Below, in pieces: positions 30,516 through 40,395 of a stretch of DNA of 64,000 bases (the stretch's first letter is position 1; every line of letters starts with the position of its first letter). Below the pieces are notes generated by a model, which was not told the DNA's origin, searched no databases, and saw only the letters and a program-made list of their open reading frames with translations. Origin of the DNA: a virus (Duplodnaviria; Caudoviricetes). Made by a program: the position numbers and the translations under genes. The DNA is taken from the IMG/VR virus record IMGVR_UViG_3300021791_000001, positions 715 through 64,714 of that record, one strand, 5' to 3'.

Positions 30516-30624
30516 CGTAATATATGTTCTCGTAGCCCTTGGGTTGGTAGGTATTGCTATACTTCCCATTCTAACTCCTGATGGAGTTATTGCATCGGTG
30601 CAATGGGTTTGTCCACTACATTAA
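30505..30624 (+). CDS. 39-aa hydrophobic peptide (not in track)
   Basis: MIYSVIYVLVALGLVGIAILPILTPDGVIASVQWVCPLH*. Confidence 0.4.
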   Translation: MIYSVIYVLVALGLVGIAILPILTPDGVIASVQWVCPLH

Positions 30625-30639
30625 AAGAAGGTGAGGGCT

Positions 30640-30738
30640 ATGAGCAGGGCAGAAAAATTAATGCTTTATGGAATGTATATAGCAGCTTCGGCAGATATTT
30701 TAGTAGCTATAGGAATTTGGGTGTTGATAATAAAATGA
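30640..30738 (+). CDS. 32-aa single-TM peptide (not in track)
   Basis: MSRAEKLMLYGMYIAASADILVAIGIWVLIIK*; SD-like GGTGAGG. Confidence 0.4.
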   Translation: MSRAEKLMLYGMYIAASADILVAIGIWVLIIK

Positions 30739-30745
30739 GGTGAGC

Positions 30746-31198
30746 ATGAACAGAATAGTAATGGGTTTATTGATAGCGATTGGAATAGTAGCTGCTTTAA
30801 CAATACTGGGGTGTGGCTTAGTGGGAAACCAACCGCAAGAGATTGCGTGGGAACCATTCCCTACTCCAGAGGTTGTAGTTGTTGAAGTAGAGAAAATAGT
30901 GGAAGTAGAAGTTGAAAAGATTGTTGTAATGGAACCAACCCCAATACCGGAATCTGAGTTTCATTGTTTTCCCGGAAAGGTAGAAATGGTATCTCCAGAT
31001 GTAGCAAATGGGGGTTTCATGATATCAATTGTAGGAGAACAAGTACTATGTGCTAGAGATTGGAAAATGTCTAATTTATACGGCCCAGTGGGAAGTTTAG
31101 AAGCAAATCCAGATCGACCATTAACTTTCCATGATTTACAAGAAATGGTAGAAAAAGAGAGAAAAGTCAATGAGCAAAAAGTTGAGGATATGCATTAA
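30746..31198 (+). CDS. Putative lipoprotein with Pro/Glu/Val low-complexity linker
   Basis: Signal peptide ending in near-canonical lipobox ILG-C; PTPEVVVVEVEKIVEVEVEKIV. Confidence 0.6.
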   Translation: MNRIVMGLLIAIGIVAALTILGCGLVGNQPQEIAWEPFPTPEVVVVEVEKIVEVEVEKIVVMEPTPIPESEFHCFPGKVEMVSPDVANGGFMISIVGEQVLCARDWKMSNLYGPVGSLEANPDRPLTFHDLQEMVEKERKVNEQKVEDMH

Positions 31199-31223
31199 AT
31201 GAAGTTTATTAAAAGGACGATAA

Positions 31224-32669
31224 ATGAGTGTCTCAAAAAATATCGGAATCGTAACAGGGGCGATCCCCGTTTTGGGTTTGCTAATTGGTGGGGTCACTTT
31301 TGGGGTCAACTTTAAGACTGATGTAGATAATGTTAAAAAGGAAGTGGCTAAACAAGAAACAATTAACACATCCTTAGAAGAAAGGTTTGCTGCCATTCCC
31401 TTAAGATATGACGATACTACCGTATGGAATGCTATAGATAATCTGTACATTCCCGAAGAATATGATGATACCTTTGTAACGGATAGACTTCAGCAATTAG
31501 ATGTTGATTTAGTGGAGTTACGAACTAGGTTAGAAGGTTTAGATTTTGGGGCAGAGGAATACGATGATTCATATATCAGGAGTCGTTTAGCAGAACTAGA
31601 TGGTTCCTTAAATGCCCTAGCCAACATTGAGATGGACTCTAATGGAGATGTAGATATTTCTTCACTAGTAGTTCAGATAGCTTCTGTAGAGGGAACAGTA
31701 CAAGGAATCAAGAATACCCTATCTTCTATTCAAACTCAAATAAGTACGTTAGAACGTAACAAGGTTAGGGCATATGATGATTCCTCCTTAAAGTCCAGTA
31801 TTAGAACAGTTACGTCTAATATATCTGATATAGAACGTAGGCTTAATAATGTAGGCAGTAGTAGTGGTAGTTCTAGTACAACAAGAGTTGAGAACCCTTA
31901 CGATGATACTTCTATCAAGAATGACATTAGGAACCTTAGAAGTGACATTCAGGCGTTGCAAAGGGATAGAGGGGTTACTTATGATGACTCCAGCTTGAGG
32001 GCTTCTATTAGAACTCTCCAGAATGAAATCAGTACTTTACAGACACAGCTTAATTCTATTAGTAATCAACCTACTCAGGACGCTAGAGTGGACAGTTTAC
32101 TAAGTGAGCTACAAAGTATTAAGAATAATGTAGAAGATAGAATTGAAGACATTGAACATGCATTAGATAATACACACACTGACACTACAAGCGACCATAG
32201 ATTTAATGAATTTGAAGATGAGTTACGGGAAGAGTTTCATTGGACAATGGAACAATTCTATTTTGAAATTAATGATTTAAGGAATCAGGTATATTCCTTA
32301 CAGGAAACGGTTGATTTTTTAGGTAGCAATGTCCCTAGTAATAATACTACTTCGGACAATTACACTTCTACTGAACCACCGTATTGGTTGAAGATTACTC
32401 ATATAGATAGTAATGGGAACCATACGTATACTGGGGATTACTACTTTGATGGTTATTATGATGGACAGCCGATGTGGGTAAATTGGGAATGTGGGACACC
32501 GGGAGGTCAATGGGAGTTCTGTTTTATATTTAAATACAATGGGGCATCATGGGTATTACAGCCGTTACCGCCTAGCACAGAATGGTTAGCAAATTCTTAT
32601 ACAGATGGACAGTGGCCTTGGAGCGGAGCTTGGAGTGGAGATGTACAACATGTCGAAGTTATTGAATAA
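31224..32669 (+). CDS. Membrane-anchored coiled-coil protein with six YDD(T/S) repeats and Trp/Tyr-rich C-terminal domain
   Basis: N-terminal TM; YDD at nt 31407, 31461, 31560, 31773, 31899, 31980. Confidence 0.65.
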   Translation: MSVSKNIGIVTGAIPVLGLLIGGVTFGVNFKTDVDNVKKEVAKQETINTSLEERFAAIPLRYDDTTVWNAIDNLYIPEEYDDTFVTDRLQQLDVDLVELRTRLEGLDFGAEEYDDSYIRSRLAELDGSLNALANIEMDSNGDVDISSLVVQIASVEGTVQGIKNTLSSIQTQISTLERNKVRAYDDSSLKSSIRTVTSNISDIERRLNNVGSSSGSSSTTRVENPYDDTSIKNDIRNLRSDIQALQRDRGVTYDDSSLRASIRTLQNEISTLQTQLNSISNQPTQDARVDSLLSELQSIKNNVEDRIEDIEHALDNTHTDTTSDHRFNEFEDELREEFHWTMEQFYFEINDLRNQVYSLQETVDFLGSNVPSNNTTSDNYTSTEPPYWLKITHIDSNGNHTYTGDYYFDGYYDGQPMWVNWECGTPGGQWEFCFIFKYNGASWVLQPLPPSTEWLANSYTDGQWPWSGAWSGDVQHVEVIE

Positions 32670-33076
32670 TGGCTCGACTAATACTAGCAGAGATAATATT
32701 ATTATGTGTTATAGTAACAGGAATATGTATGAATTTTTCCTTAGTGGAAAGTAATAAATGTTTGATTTATGAGCCTACTCCTACCCCTATACCCTTGGAG
32801 GTTCAGTACTCACAATGGATGCCTTATCCCGGATATGGGCCGAATATGGGCAAAGGGTGGATTCGGATAAGAGATTACAATCATGTAGTAGAAGGATTAG
32901 TAAGACTAAGAAATGTTGACGCTTTAACTGATAAAGAGTATAATGATATAGGTAAACGGTATGGTTTAAGAATAGGTAGATGGGATGGAGATGTTTATGG
33001 TTTCCCTCCTGTGAAAGGATTTAGTAAAGGGTATCCCGTAATCAAAAACGAATGGCTACCTTGGAGGTTTAGATGA
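32669..33076 (+). CDS. Secreted or membrane-anchored hypothetical protein
   Basis: N-terminal hydrophobic segment and PTPTP linker. Confidence 0.55.
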   Translation: MARLILAEIILLCVIVTGICMNFSLVESNKCLIYEPTPTPIPLEVQYSQWMPYPGYGPNMGKGWIRIRDYNHVVEGLVRLRNVDALTDKEYNDIGKRYGLRIGRWDGDVYGFPPVKGFSKGYPVIKNEWLPWRFR

Positions 33077-33519
33077 AACCACTAAATATAATCGCTACTA
33101 TCGTTCCTTTACTTATTGTGGCAGTTGGACTAATTGGGTGGATTACTACATTGAGAAGCGACTTAAATACTGCTCAAGCACAAGTAGTAGAAATCAAAGG
33201 TCACATCCCCCCATTACAGGCAGAGGCCAAACAGTGTGCTATAGAGATACATAACTTACATGAGCTTATCAAAGATATCGACAAGATTGAAGAGGTGGTA
33301 GAAGACGTAGATGTTTTAGTTTATAGACTAGGGGATATCGAGGGTGATGTTGAAGAGCATGGCCCAGAGATAATTGAGCTAAAGAAAAGTTTAGCAATAG
33401 CAAACGACCAAATGAAAACAATTATGGCAGACCACATGGGATTTAATGATGTTCTAAAAGAAATTGGTAAAGCAGGATTACTACCTAGCGGAGAAAGGAG
33501 AGCATATGGAGGGTACTAA
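33073..33519 (+). CDS. N-terminal TM plus coiled-coil protein
   Basis: Same architecture as the N-terminus of 31224..32669. Confidence 0.55.
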   Translation: MKPLNIIATIVPLLIVAVGLIGWITTLRSDLNTAQAQVVEIKGHIPPLQAEAKQCAIEIHNLHELIKDIDKIEEVVEDVDVLVYRLGDIEGDVEEHGPEIIELKKSLAIANDQMKTIMADHMGFNDVLKEIGKAGLLPSGERRAYGGY

Positions 33520-33641
33520 AGGAGAACGGAGGGAACAAAAACGAAAGAAGGCTTGGTATAAAAGACACCTAGCCAACAATCGAAAGGCTCTGGAACTTAT
33601 AAGACAAACCAGATACTCTACCAAAACTTTGGAGGTGTAAT

Positions 33642-33959
33642 ATGAAACGACCTATAGATAGACCCCAAGAAACTTTATTCGACCTCTTAACCACTGACCA
33701 GAGAATAGGATGTGTAGTAGATAAAGATACTCCACATGAACAAGGCTTTTTAGAAAAGGCTGTTAATACAAATTTAATAGATGAGATTTGTCAACGGCAG
33801 CAAAAATTAACTCTACATAGAGTAGCCCACTGGCTTAGAGGAAATGCTTTAATGTATTCCTTAGATTGGGAAGCTGCCGTTGCTAGAGAGTTAGAGCTAT
33901 TAGCGGATGATTTGGATTATATCAGTGACCAAAGAGAAGAGTTAGATACAAGGAGTTAA
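33642..33959 (+). CDS. Hypothetical protein
   Basis: SD GGAGG. Confidence 0.5.
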   Translation: MKRPIDRPQETLFDLLTTDQRIGCVVDKDTPHEQGFLEKAVNTNLIDEICQRQQKLTLHRVAHWLRGNALMYSLDWEAAVARELELLADDLDYISDQREELDTRS

Positions 33960-33960
33960 T

Positions 33961-34785
33961 ATGCCAATTACACAACGTGGTGACAAATGGTATTGGGGAA
34001 GTAAAGGCCCGTACAATTCCCGTAAACAGGCTGAGGAAGTACAACGTGCTGCCTACGCTGCTGGGTATGGGGTACAACAAATAAAGAAGATGGAAATGGG
34101 GGCACCCATGGATGGGGAGAAAAGGAGTTTAACTGTGGCTGAACTAGAGAAAAAGAAGAAACAATTAATTAAGGAAGGCGATGGGGGCGGTGATGGTTTT
34201 GCAGGAACTGCCTTTACATCGGAAGGTGCTGGTATTTTTGACCCTACTTTTGGAGGAAAGGGTAAGAAAAAGAAAACTGGTGTAGAACGGTTAGAAGAGT
34301 TTATTCGGGATAGGACACCCATTAAATTGGATATGAATAAAATGGAATCTCATGGCACTGTAGCTAATGGTAAAATGGGTCCAGCTAGAATTGATTGGAG
34401 TAAACGAACAATAGATGAAGAGAATGTACAGAAAGTAACAGAACATGAAGGAGAATATAATCAGGACACACCTGCTAAAGATGCCAAGGATAAACAAGAC
34501 ACTGTTCAGCGTACTTTAGCGGAGGTTGAAGACGATGAACGAGAAAAGGATTTGCAACTTCAATATGGCTTCGGGCAATTAGGGGGCCAAGATGATGAAC
34601 TTCATCGGGCAAATCCTAAAGATATAATTAGTAGAAATCCTAGAGATGATGAAGATGAGGAGGAAGAAGGGTCAAATATTCCTGAAGAAACGGACTTGCA
34701 AGAAGAGATAAAATCTGGTAAAATGGTTTACAAGACTGAATCTGGGGTGACATGGTTTAACAATTTAATCAAGGTTTTGGAGTAA
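33961..34785 (+). CDS. Charged, largely disordered head-region protein
   Basis: Short N-terminal domain MPITQRGDKWYWGSKGPY...AAYAAGY, then acidic low-complexity sequence. Confidence 0.5.
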   Translation: MPITQRGDKWYWGSKGPYNSRKQAEEVQRAAYAAGYGVQQIKKMEMGAPMDGEKRSLTVAELEKKKKQLIKEGDGGGDGFAGTAFTSEGAGIFDPTFGGKGKKKKTGVERLEEFIRDRTPIKLDMNKMESHGTVANGKMGPARIDWSKRTIDEENVQKVTEHEGEYNQDTPAKDAKDKQDTVQRTLAEVEDDEREKDLQLQYGFGQLGGQDDELHRANPKDIISRNPRDDEDEEEEGSNIPEETDLQEEIKSGKMVYKTESGVTWFNNLIKVLE

Positions 34786-35063
34786 TGGATATACTGTGTC
34801 CGAAATGTCAAGGGTTATTATGCCTAAATTTAGATTCGGACTTGTATTGTCTAGAGTGTGGCACAGTTTTATTTGTAAGAAGGAGAAAACTATATGATAC
34901 CAGAACTAGCACAAGACGGGATAGTAAAGCGAAAGTTATCAGGAGAGACATGGACAGCGATAGCCAAATGGATAGAACAGGATTACGGGGTATCGGTACA
35001 CCGAACAACCGTTCAAAGATGGTACGACAAGGAGGTTTCTTTAGAAAACATAAATCCCGATGA
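34785..35063 (+). CDS. Zn-ribbon small protein
   Basis: CPKC...CLECG; overlaps next gene out of frame. Confidence 0.45.
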   Translation: MDILCPKCQGLLCLNLDSDLYCLECGTVLFVRRRKLYDTRTSTRRDSKAKVIRRDMDSDSQMDRTGLRGIGTPNNRSKMVRQGGFFRKHKSR

Positions 35064-36216
35064 TATAGTTTTAGACTCAGTTGAAGATAGAATTAAGATA
35101 GATAAAAAGGTGGCTCTGTATAAAGCAGAGGCAGACTACTATAAAAAACTGTATACCAAATCTGTAAAGGAATATGCCCAAACTGATTTACTGGTGGATA
35201 TTATTAAGAGGTCTATACCCAGTTTTAAAAAAGCGGAAGTGTTCCCCAAAGGTAAACCCAATGGTCAATATAAAGGGGAGACTCCTCAATCTATCGTAGC
35301 ACCTCTTTCGGATACACACATTGGTGAGTTCGTTGACTTACAACAAATGGCTGGCCTAAATACGTATGACTTCGATATTTTTAATAATAGGTTATATGGG
35401 TGGGCCAATCAATTAGTTACCTTAGCAGAGTTAAGACGAAATTCGGTATCCATTCCAGAGCTAGTTGTGCCTTTGTTGGGGGATATGATTAGTGGTGATA
35501 TCCATGAAGAATTGTCTCATACTAATTTAGACAATTGTATGATGCAAATGATTCGGGGGGCAACCTTAATTTCCCAAGCTTTGATGTATATGGCCCCCCA
35601 TTTTGAAATTGTAAGGGTTCCGTGTGTGGTGGGAAATCATGGTCGAATGACTAGGAAACCTCCAATGAAAGATAAGTTTATGGATTGGGATTACTTAATG
35701 TATCAGTGGATTGCAGCTTTATGTCAGAAACAAGATAACATAGAGTTCCATATACCTAGAAGTTTCCTTACGGTGTTCCCAGTTTGTAATCGAAACATTT
35801 TAGCTATGCATGGAGATGCTGTATCCGGGGCAGGAAGTTTAGCTTCAGTTACTAAAGTGATTACTAATTTAAGGTCTGTGCTTCATTTCAAGAAGGGGTT
35901 GGAAAATGAATTGGGAGAAGTACCTGAGACTATACCAGCCCATTTTGATTCAGTAATGATAGGACACTTTCATCGTGTAGACGAGCTAGATATTGGGACA
36001 GGAACGGCTCATATCTGTGGTTGTATGAAGGGAGCAGATGAGTTTGCCATGACTCGTTTACAAGCGGTTACTAAACCTCAGCAGATAGTTACTTATTGGC
36101 ATCCTAAGTATGGCTATATAGGAAAAGAAATTATCTATCTGAATAACTATGATTCACAGAAATCGCAATTTAAAGATGAGATTCCTGAGATTTGGTCGGC
36201 GAATTTAATTACTTAA
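34894..36216 (+). CDS. Calcineurin-like metallophosphoesterase with N-terminal HTH
   Basis: SDTHIG, GDMISG, GNHG, HGD, GHFH; N-terminal TWTAIAKWIEQDYGVSVHRTTVQRW. Confidence 0.8.
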   Translation: MIPELAQDGIVKRKLSGETWTAIAKWIEQDYGVSVHRTTVQRWYDKEVSLENINPDDIVLDSVEDRIKIDKKVALYKAEADYYKKLYTKSVKEYAQTDLLVDIIKRSIPSFKKAEVFPKGKPNGQYKGETPQSIVAPLSDTHIGEFVDLQQMAGLNTYDFDIFNNRLYGWANQLVTLAELRRNSVSIPELVVPLLGDMISGDIHEELSHTNLDNCMMQMIRGATLISQALMYMAPHFEIVRVPCVVGNHGRMTRKPPMKDKFMDWDYLMYQWIAALCQKQDNIEFHIPRSFLTVFPVCNRNILAMHGDAVSGAGSLASVTKVITNLRSVLHFKKGLENELGEVPETIPAHFDSVMIGHFHRVDELDIGTGTAHICGCMKGADEFAMTRLQAVTKPQQIVTYWHPKYGYIGKEIIYLNNYDSQKSQFKDEIPEIWSANLIT

Positions 36217-36222
36217 GGGAGA

Positions 36223-36693
36223 ATGCTTATGCCCAGTTTGGAAAAAATTTTTGCTGATATACCAACCCAGCAAGGATACATGGCCCGAAATATATCTAAT
36301 GCTTCTTATGGTAAAGCCATGAGTTATGTCCCTATAATTTCGGGATTTTTGGCCTCAACTATTTATACTACTACGGGAGAGGTTGTAACATTAGGAGCTA
36401 CAGCCCCCTATGCATATGAAGTAGAGCATGGGATACCTGCCACTGTAGCAGAAGGAGATTATATAGCTACCGTTAAACGTCATAGACGCAAAACAAAGGC
36501 TGGGAGGGTGCTAGTAAAGGCTCATAAAAAAGTGTATAAAGGTGGAAAGCCTATTATGTATGGGGGTAGATGGGTAACCCAAAAAACTACTGAAGGTAGG
36601 CCGGGACAGTTCTTTCTTAAACGGGCTTTGGAAGAGGCTATTACTGACTCTATAGAGGATTATTTAAGTTCTCTTGGGGCTACTAGAGTTTAG
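36223..36693 (+). CDS. HK97 gp10-like neck/tail completion protein
   Basis: APYAYEVEHG...GQFFLKRALEE with basic insert. Confidence 0.65.
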   Translation: MLMPSLEKIFADIPTQQGYMARNISNASYGKAMSYVPIISGFLASTIYTTTGEVVTLGATAPYAYEVEHGIPATVAEGDYIATVKRHRRKTKAGRVLVKAHKKVYKGGKPIMYGGRWVTQKTTEGRPGQFFLKRALEEAITDSIEDYLSSLGATRV

Positions 36694-36695
36694 GA

Positions 36696-36962
36696 ATGGA
36701 TAATGAAAGGGTACCTGAGTGGGCTGTTCTTGGGGGGGAATTAATTGAAAGTGCTTTGAATGGGCTTAACTTTGATGAAGGGGAACGGTTATTAAAATCT
36801 GTTGGGGTGGACTCAGCTTTGTATATGATATTTACTTCCACTCTTCATAATTCTAAAGGAGTTGGGTTAACCACTAGAGAGGTTAGAGCATTAATGCAAG
36901 CTGCATTTATGATAGGAACTTACGTGCATAAGTCAGTAGAGGAGATTGAAAAGTTATGGTGA
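36696..36962 (+). CDS. Hypothetical protein
   Basis: Operon context. Confidence 0.45.
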   Translation: MDNERVPEWAVLGGELIESALNGLNFDEGERLLKSVGVDSALYMIFTSTLHNSKGVGLTTREVRALMQAAFMIGTYVHKSVEEIEKLW

Positions 36963-37147
36963 TGTCGTATTTAGTACAATCTAACGAAGAAAACAATTTA
37001 AGAGCAGATAAATTAGAAGGTAAATTGTCACAAATGATAGACAAAATTGAAGTTTTGGAGTATAATGTAAGTATGTTGTCCGATGAAATTAAACAATTAT
37101 CGGACCTTATATCGGATAGCTTAAGAGTTAAGGAGGGTTCTAGATGA
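36956..37147 (+). CDS. Small coiled-coil protein
   Basis: Heptad pattern. Confidence 0.4.
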   Translation: MVMSYLVQSNEENNLRADKLEGKLSQMIDKIEVLEYNVSMLSDEIKQLSDLISDSLRVKEGSR

Positions 37148-37968
37148 GTTTATCGCAATTGGAGATTCACGAAAAGGTACTATACCCAGTGACTAAGGTA
37201 ATGGCTGGTAATGCTGGAGGAAGTGGGGTATTAGTATATAGTAAAGAAGACCCGAATAAGCCGGGTACATATGTTAACATTGCCTTAACATGTCAGCATG
37301 TTATTGATGGGGCAATTAAAGTATCGGAGCAATGGGATAACGTATTAAAGAAAGATGTCAAGACTGATGTCTTAGAGGAAGTACGTATAGAAGTATTTGA
37401 TTATGAGAAGAGTAGAGTAGTATCAGCTAATTCCACTACTGCTCAGATTATTGCATACGACAAACACCATGACCTAGCTGCCATTAAACTAAATAACACT
37501 AGACCTATGGCTAATGTAGCTAGTGTTATTCCTAGAGATGAAATAAAAGAACTGCAAGTAGCTGACCCCGTATGGGTAAGTGGTTGTTCTTTACTACATG
37601 ACCCATTTCCTAATCCGGGTACTCTAACTTACCTTCGTGAGATAATCGACCAGAAGGCATACCTTATGCAGAATGCTCCCAGTATATTTGGGAACAGTGG
37701 TGGGGGATTGTTCCACGGAGAGAGTGGTCATTTACTTGGATTGACCTCTAGAATAACTTCAACTCAATTAGGTTTCGGTATAGATATTATGACATGGATG
37801 GGGTTCAGTACACATCCAGATAGATTGTATGAATTCTTTGACCATCAGGAATTACAGTTCCTCTATGATGATTCAGATACATTCAGTGATGCACAGATTC
37901 GTAGAGAAAGTAGACGTACCGAAGCTTTGAGAAATCTCTTGCTTGAGTCTAAAGGAGAAGGCCCATAA
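37144..37968 (+). CDS. Trypsin-like serine protease
   Basis: Catalytic triad: TCQHV (His), DLAAI (Asp), GNSGGG (Ser). Confidence 0.88.
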   Translation: MSLSQLEIHEKVLYPVTKVMAGNAGGSGVLVYSKEDPNKPGTYVNIALTCQHVIDGAIKVSEQWDNVLKKDVKTDVLEEVRIEVFDYEKSRVVSANSTTAQIIAYDKHHDLAAIKLNNTRPMANVASVIPRDEIKELQVADPVWVSGCSLLHDPFPNPGTLTYLREIIDQKAYLMQNAPSIFGNSGGGLFHGESGHLLGLTSRITSTQLGFGIDIMTWMGFSTHPDRLYEFFDHQELQFLYDDSDTFSDAQIRRESRRTEALRNLLLESKGEGP

Positions 37969-38261
37969 TGAAAAGAGAGTTATTAAATTTACCAGATGTT
38001 GATACTTATGAATTTCTACAGAGCCACTGGCATCCTTGTTGCCAAGAGACACCAGAGGATGTAATAGCTAAAGCTAAACGTACAGGCACAGAATTTGATA
38101 GAAATCTTAAGACATATAGATGTCCTAGGGGACATGAATATGAGGCACCCGAACCATTTATTTTATCCACTCCTGACCTTGCTTGTAACTCTGGCCCTGT
38201 CTGTGTTTATTGTTATGTCACTTGGCTACATATAAACCTAGGGACAGAGGAGCTACCGTGA
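37968..38261 (+). CDS. Cys-rich hypothetical protein
   Basis: CPRGH, CVYC. Confidence 0.5.
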   Translation: MKRELLNLPDVDTYEFLQSHWHPCCQETPEDVIAKAKRTGTEFDRNLKTYRCPRGHEYEAPEPFILSTPDLACNSGPVCVYCYVTWLHINLGTEELP

Positions 38262-38467
38262 TGCCTGTAGATATGATTGTAACATTTGGATATTGTGTTT
38301 TTTGTGATAACGGGCCAGACAGTAAGAATAGGGAGTGGGTGTCAGATTTGTTAAATAGTAGAGCTACTAAGTCACATACAATGACAAGATGCAAAGGGTG
38401 CGAGGCTAAACCTGCAAATAAGAATTTACTTATCATAGAAATCTCCCTCCCAGATCGGATATCATAG
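38258..38467 (+). CDS. Zn-finger small protein
   Basis: CVFC, CKGC. Confidence 0.45.
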   Translation: MMPVDMIVTFGYCVFCDNGPDSKNREWVSDLLNSRATKSHTMTRCKGCEAKPANKNLLIIEISLPDRIS

Positions 38468-38468
38468 T

Positions 38469-38639
38469 ATGAGTAAATGGGAACAGAGAGAACGTAAGCT
38501 AGTTAAACGTACTAAACGAGTGCAGCCTAAAGTACAAGACCAAGCTCATAAAGATAAAGTGGATAGAAGAAATATTAGAGAAGCCCAACGACACAAAGAA
38601 TATAAATGGGATACATTTGAATCGGAGGGTGAGGCATGA
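38469..38639 (+). CDS. Basic 56-aa protein (not in track)
   Basis: MSKWEQRERKLVKRTKRV...SEGEA*; ATGA overlap with next gene. Confidence 0.45.
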   Translation: MSKWEQRERKLVKRTKRVQPKVQDQAHKDKVDRRNIREAQRHKEYKWDTFESEGEA

Positions 38640-39127
38640 ACTTAAACCATGAAGATGACTTTAATGGGTGTGACAGACCTAATTGTGATTGTGGGATAGA
38701 TGAAGAATTAAGAGCTATCACCTTTACTAGGGATGAGCTATTATACATAGATGATAATTTAACTATGATGTTAGAGAGAGGGGGTATGGCCGATAATTTT
38801 GTCACAGTCAGACCTGTTCAAGCTACGGCTGGATTACCCTCACCTGTAGAATTACTGGATAAAATTGGTATGGCAATCCTACAAATTACTGATGAAGACC
38901 TTAGTTTATCTGAACTTACTGTACATCTTACAGCTACAGATTTGTATATGCTAAGGGAAATAGCCCGAAGTACCCTTAAGATTAATGGTGTATATGTGGG
39001 ACTTGAATTGAAGAAAAAGATATACAGTGTATTATATGAGGTAGAATATTCTAGAGACAAGACAGTAGAAAAGTTATTGTCTGAGGTGTCGGAAACTATA
39101 ATGGATTGGAGTGGAGAGTCAGGGTAA
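38636..39127 (+). CDS. Hypothetical protein
   Basis: 163 aa, coupled start. Confidence 0.5.
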   Translation: MNLNHEDDFNGCDRPNCDCGIDEELRAITFTRDELLYIDDNLTMMLERGGMADNFVTVRPVQATAGLPSPVELLDKIGMAILQITDEDLSLSELTVHLTATDLYMLREIARSTLKINGVYVGLELKKKIYSVLYEVEYSRDKTVEKLLSEVSETIMDWSGESG

Positions 39128-39184
39128 GGCGTATCTCGTCTGCGTTGTATCCCTGTCTTTCCCCGATAAAAGAGGAGGATTAGT

Positions 39185-39388
39185 ATGGTAGATATAAGTA
39201 GAGTAACCCCAGAACAGGAATTTATTGTGGCTAGACATTCTAGAATGGTAGGCAAGGTTTTGGATTTAATTGAAGCTTCTATGCCAGAAGGTACTCAGTG
39301 TGAGAAGTTTAAGAAGTTAGTTCAAGTACCTATGTACGATTTTCGTAATGAGATGCTCAAATTAATATCATTAGGTATTGAAGAATAA
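39185..39388 (+). CDS. Hypothetical protein
   Basis: SD GAGGAGG. Confidence 0.55.
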   Translation: MVDISRVTPEQEFIVARHSRMVGKVLDLIEASMPEGTQCEKFKKLVQVPMYDFRNEMLKLISLGIEE

Positions 39389-39550
39389 CTATATTTAAAG
39401 TATAAAAACGTACCATTTTTATAGAAAAAGTAGTATAATAAATCGTGTAACTATACTATAGTTATATAATATTGTCTGTAATGGAAGGTCGGAAGTGGCT
39501 TAGACCAACCTTCTAATATGTACAATTAAAATATTAGGAGGGAATGGACA

Positions 39551-40369
39551 ATGGCAGACGATGTTTTAGGACGGATAGAAAAACATATGGAAGGAAATAC
39601 GTTGGCCCTTTCTGCTGTAGCAGAAGTACTTCAGAAAATGGATGACCGTTTTGGTCGTGATGAAGATGCTTTTATTGCTAAGCAGGAAGAAGACCAAGCC
39701 TATGATGAGAGAACTGCTATGGTGAAAGCTATTGCACAGGAAGTCTATGGCATGTTTAAGGCTGACAATGGAATGGACGTAGATGGAACTAAGGTACGGT
39801 CTGGTACTAAGATGAAAGGTAGGGGCGAAGATGTGGAAACTTCAATCAATCCTACAACTAAAATTGCAGACCAGCAAGCTACCATCCAAGCAGCAGATGA
39901 GATGGACGATGAAGAAAAAGAGAAGTTGGCTGAAAGATTGAATAAAGAAGGGGATGACAAGCCAGCGGATAAAGATGAGGAATACCCCTTAGATGAGAAA
40001 GGTGGGATGTACAAAGAAGGTGATAAGGACGTAGAGGACGATAAAGATAAAGACTTGGAAGAGATGCAGAAAGAACTTGATGCTTTGAAAAAGCAGATAT
40101 CAGAAACCGAAGGTAACATGCAAAAAGCGATTCAAAATGAATCGGAACAGCGTCTTCGGAAGATGGGATTTAGAGAAGAGTTAGGTCTACAGGCTCCTCA
40201 GATGATGTCCCCTCTAGGCACTGATGGTTCTACTCCGATAGTGAAATCGGAAACTTCCATTGATACGGTTGACCAATTGACCAACCTGTCTTGGAAAGAA
40301 CTTCGGAACCTACAGGCTCAAATTGAAATGGGCAACACAGATGGAGTACCTAGGGAATTAATAAGTTAA
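39551..40369 (+). CDS. Capsid scaffolding protein
   Basis: Acidic coiled-coil protein directly before the capsid gene; SD AGGAGG. Confidence 0.7.
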   Translation: MADDVLGRIEKHMEGNTLALSAVAEVLQKMDDRFGRDEDAFIAKQEEDQAYDERTAMVKAIAQEVYGMFKADNGMDVDGTKVRSGTKMKGRGEDVETSINPTTKIADQQATIQAADEMDDEEKEKLAERLNKEGDDKPADKDEEYPLDEKGGMYKEGDKDVEDDKDKDLEEMQKELDALKKQISETEGNMQKAIQNESEQRLRKMGFREELGLQAPQMMSPLGTDGSTPIVKSETSIDTVDQLTNLSWKELRNLQAQIEMGNTDGVPRELIS

Positions 40370-40395
40370 TAAATTTATATTAAAGGAGTCACACT

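Noticed and set aside
30746-33519. Firm spanin assignment for the lipoprotein and TM coiled-coil proteins
   Set aside because: The architecture is compatible, but the genes are not nested or adjacent as i-/o-spanins and no endolysin is nearby; kept only as a hypothesis.
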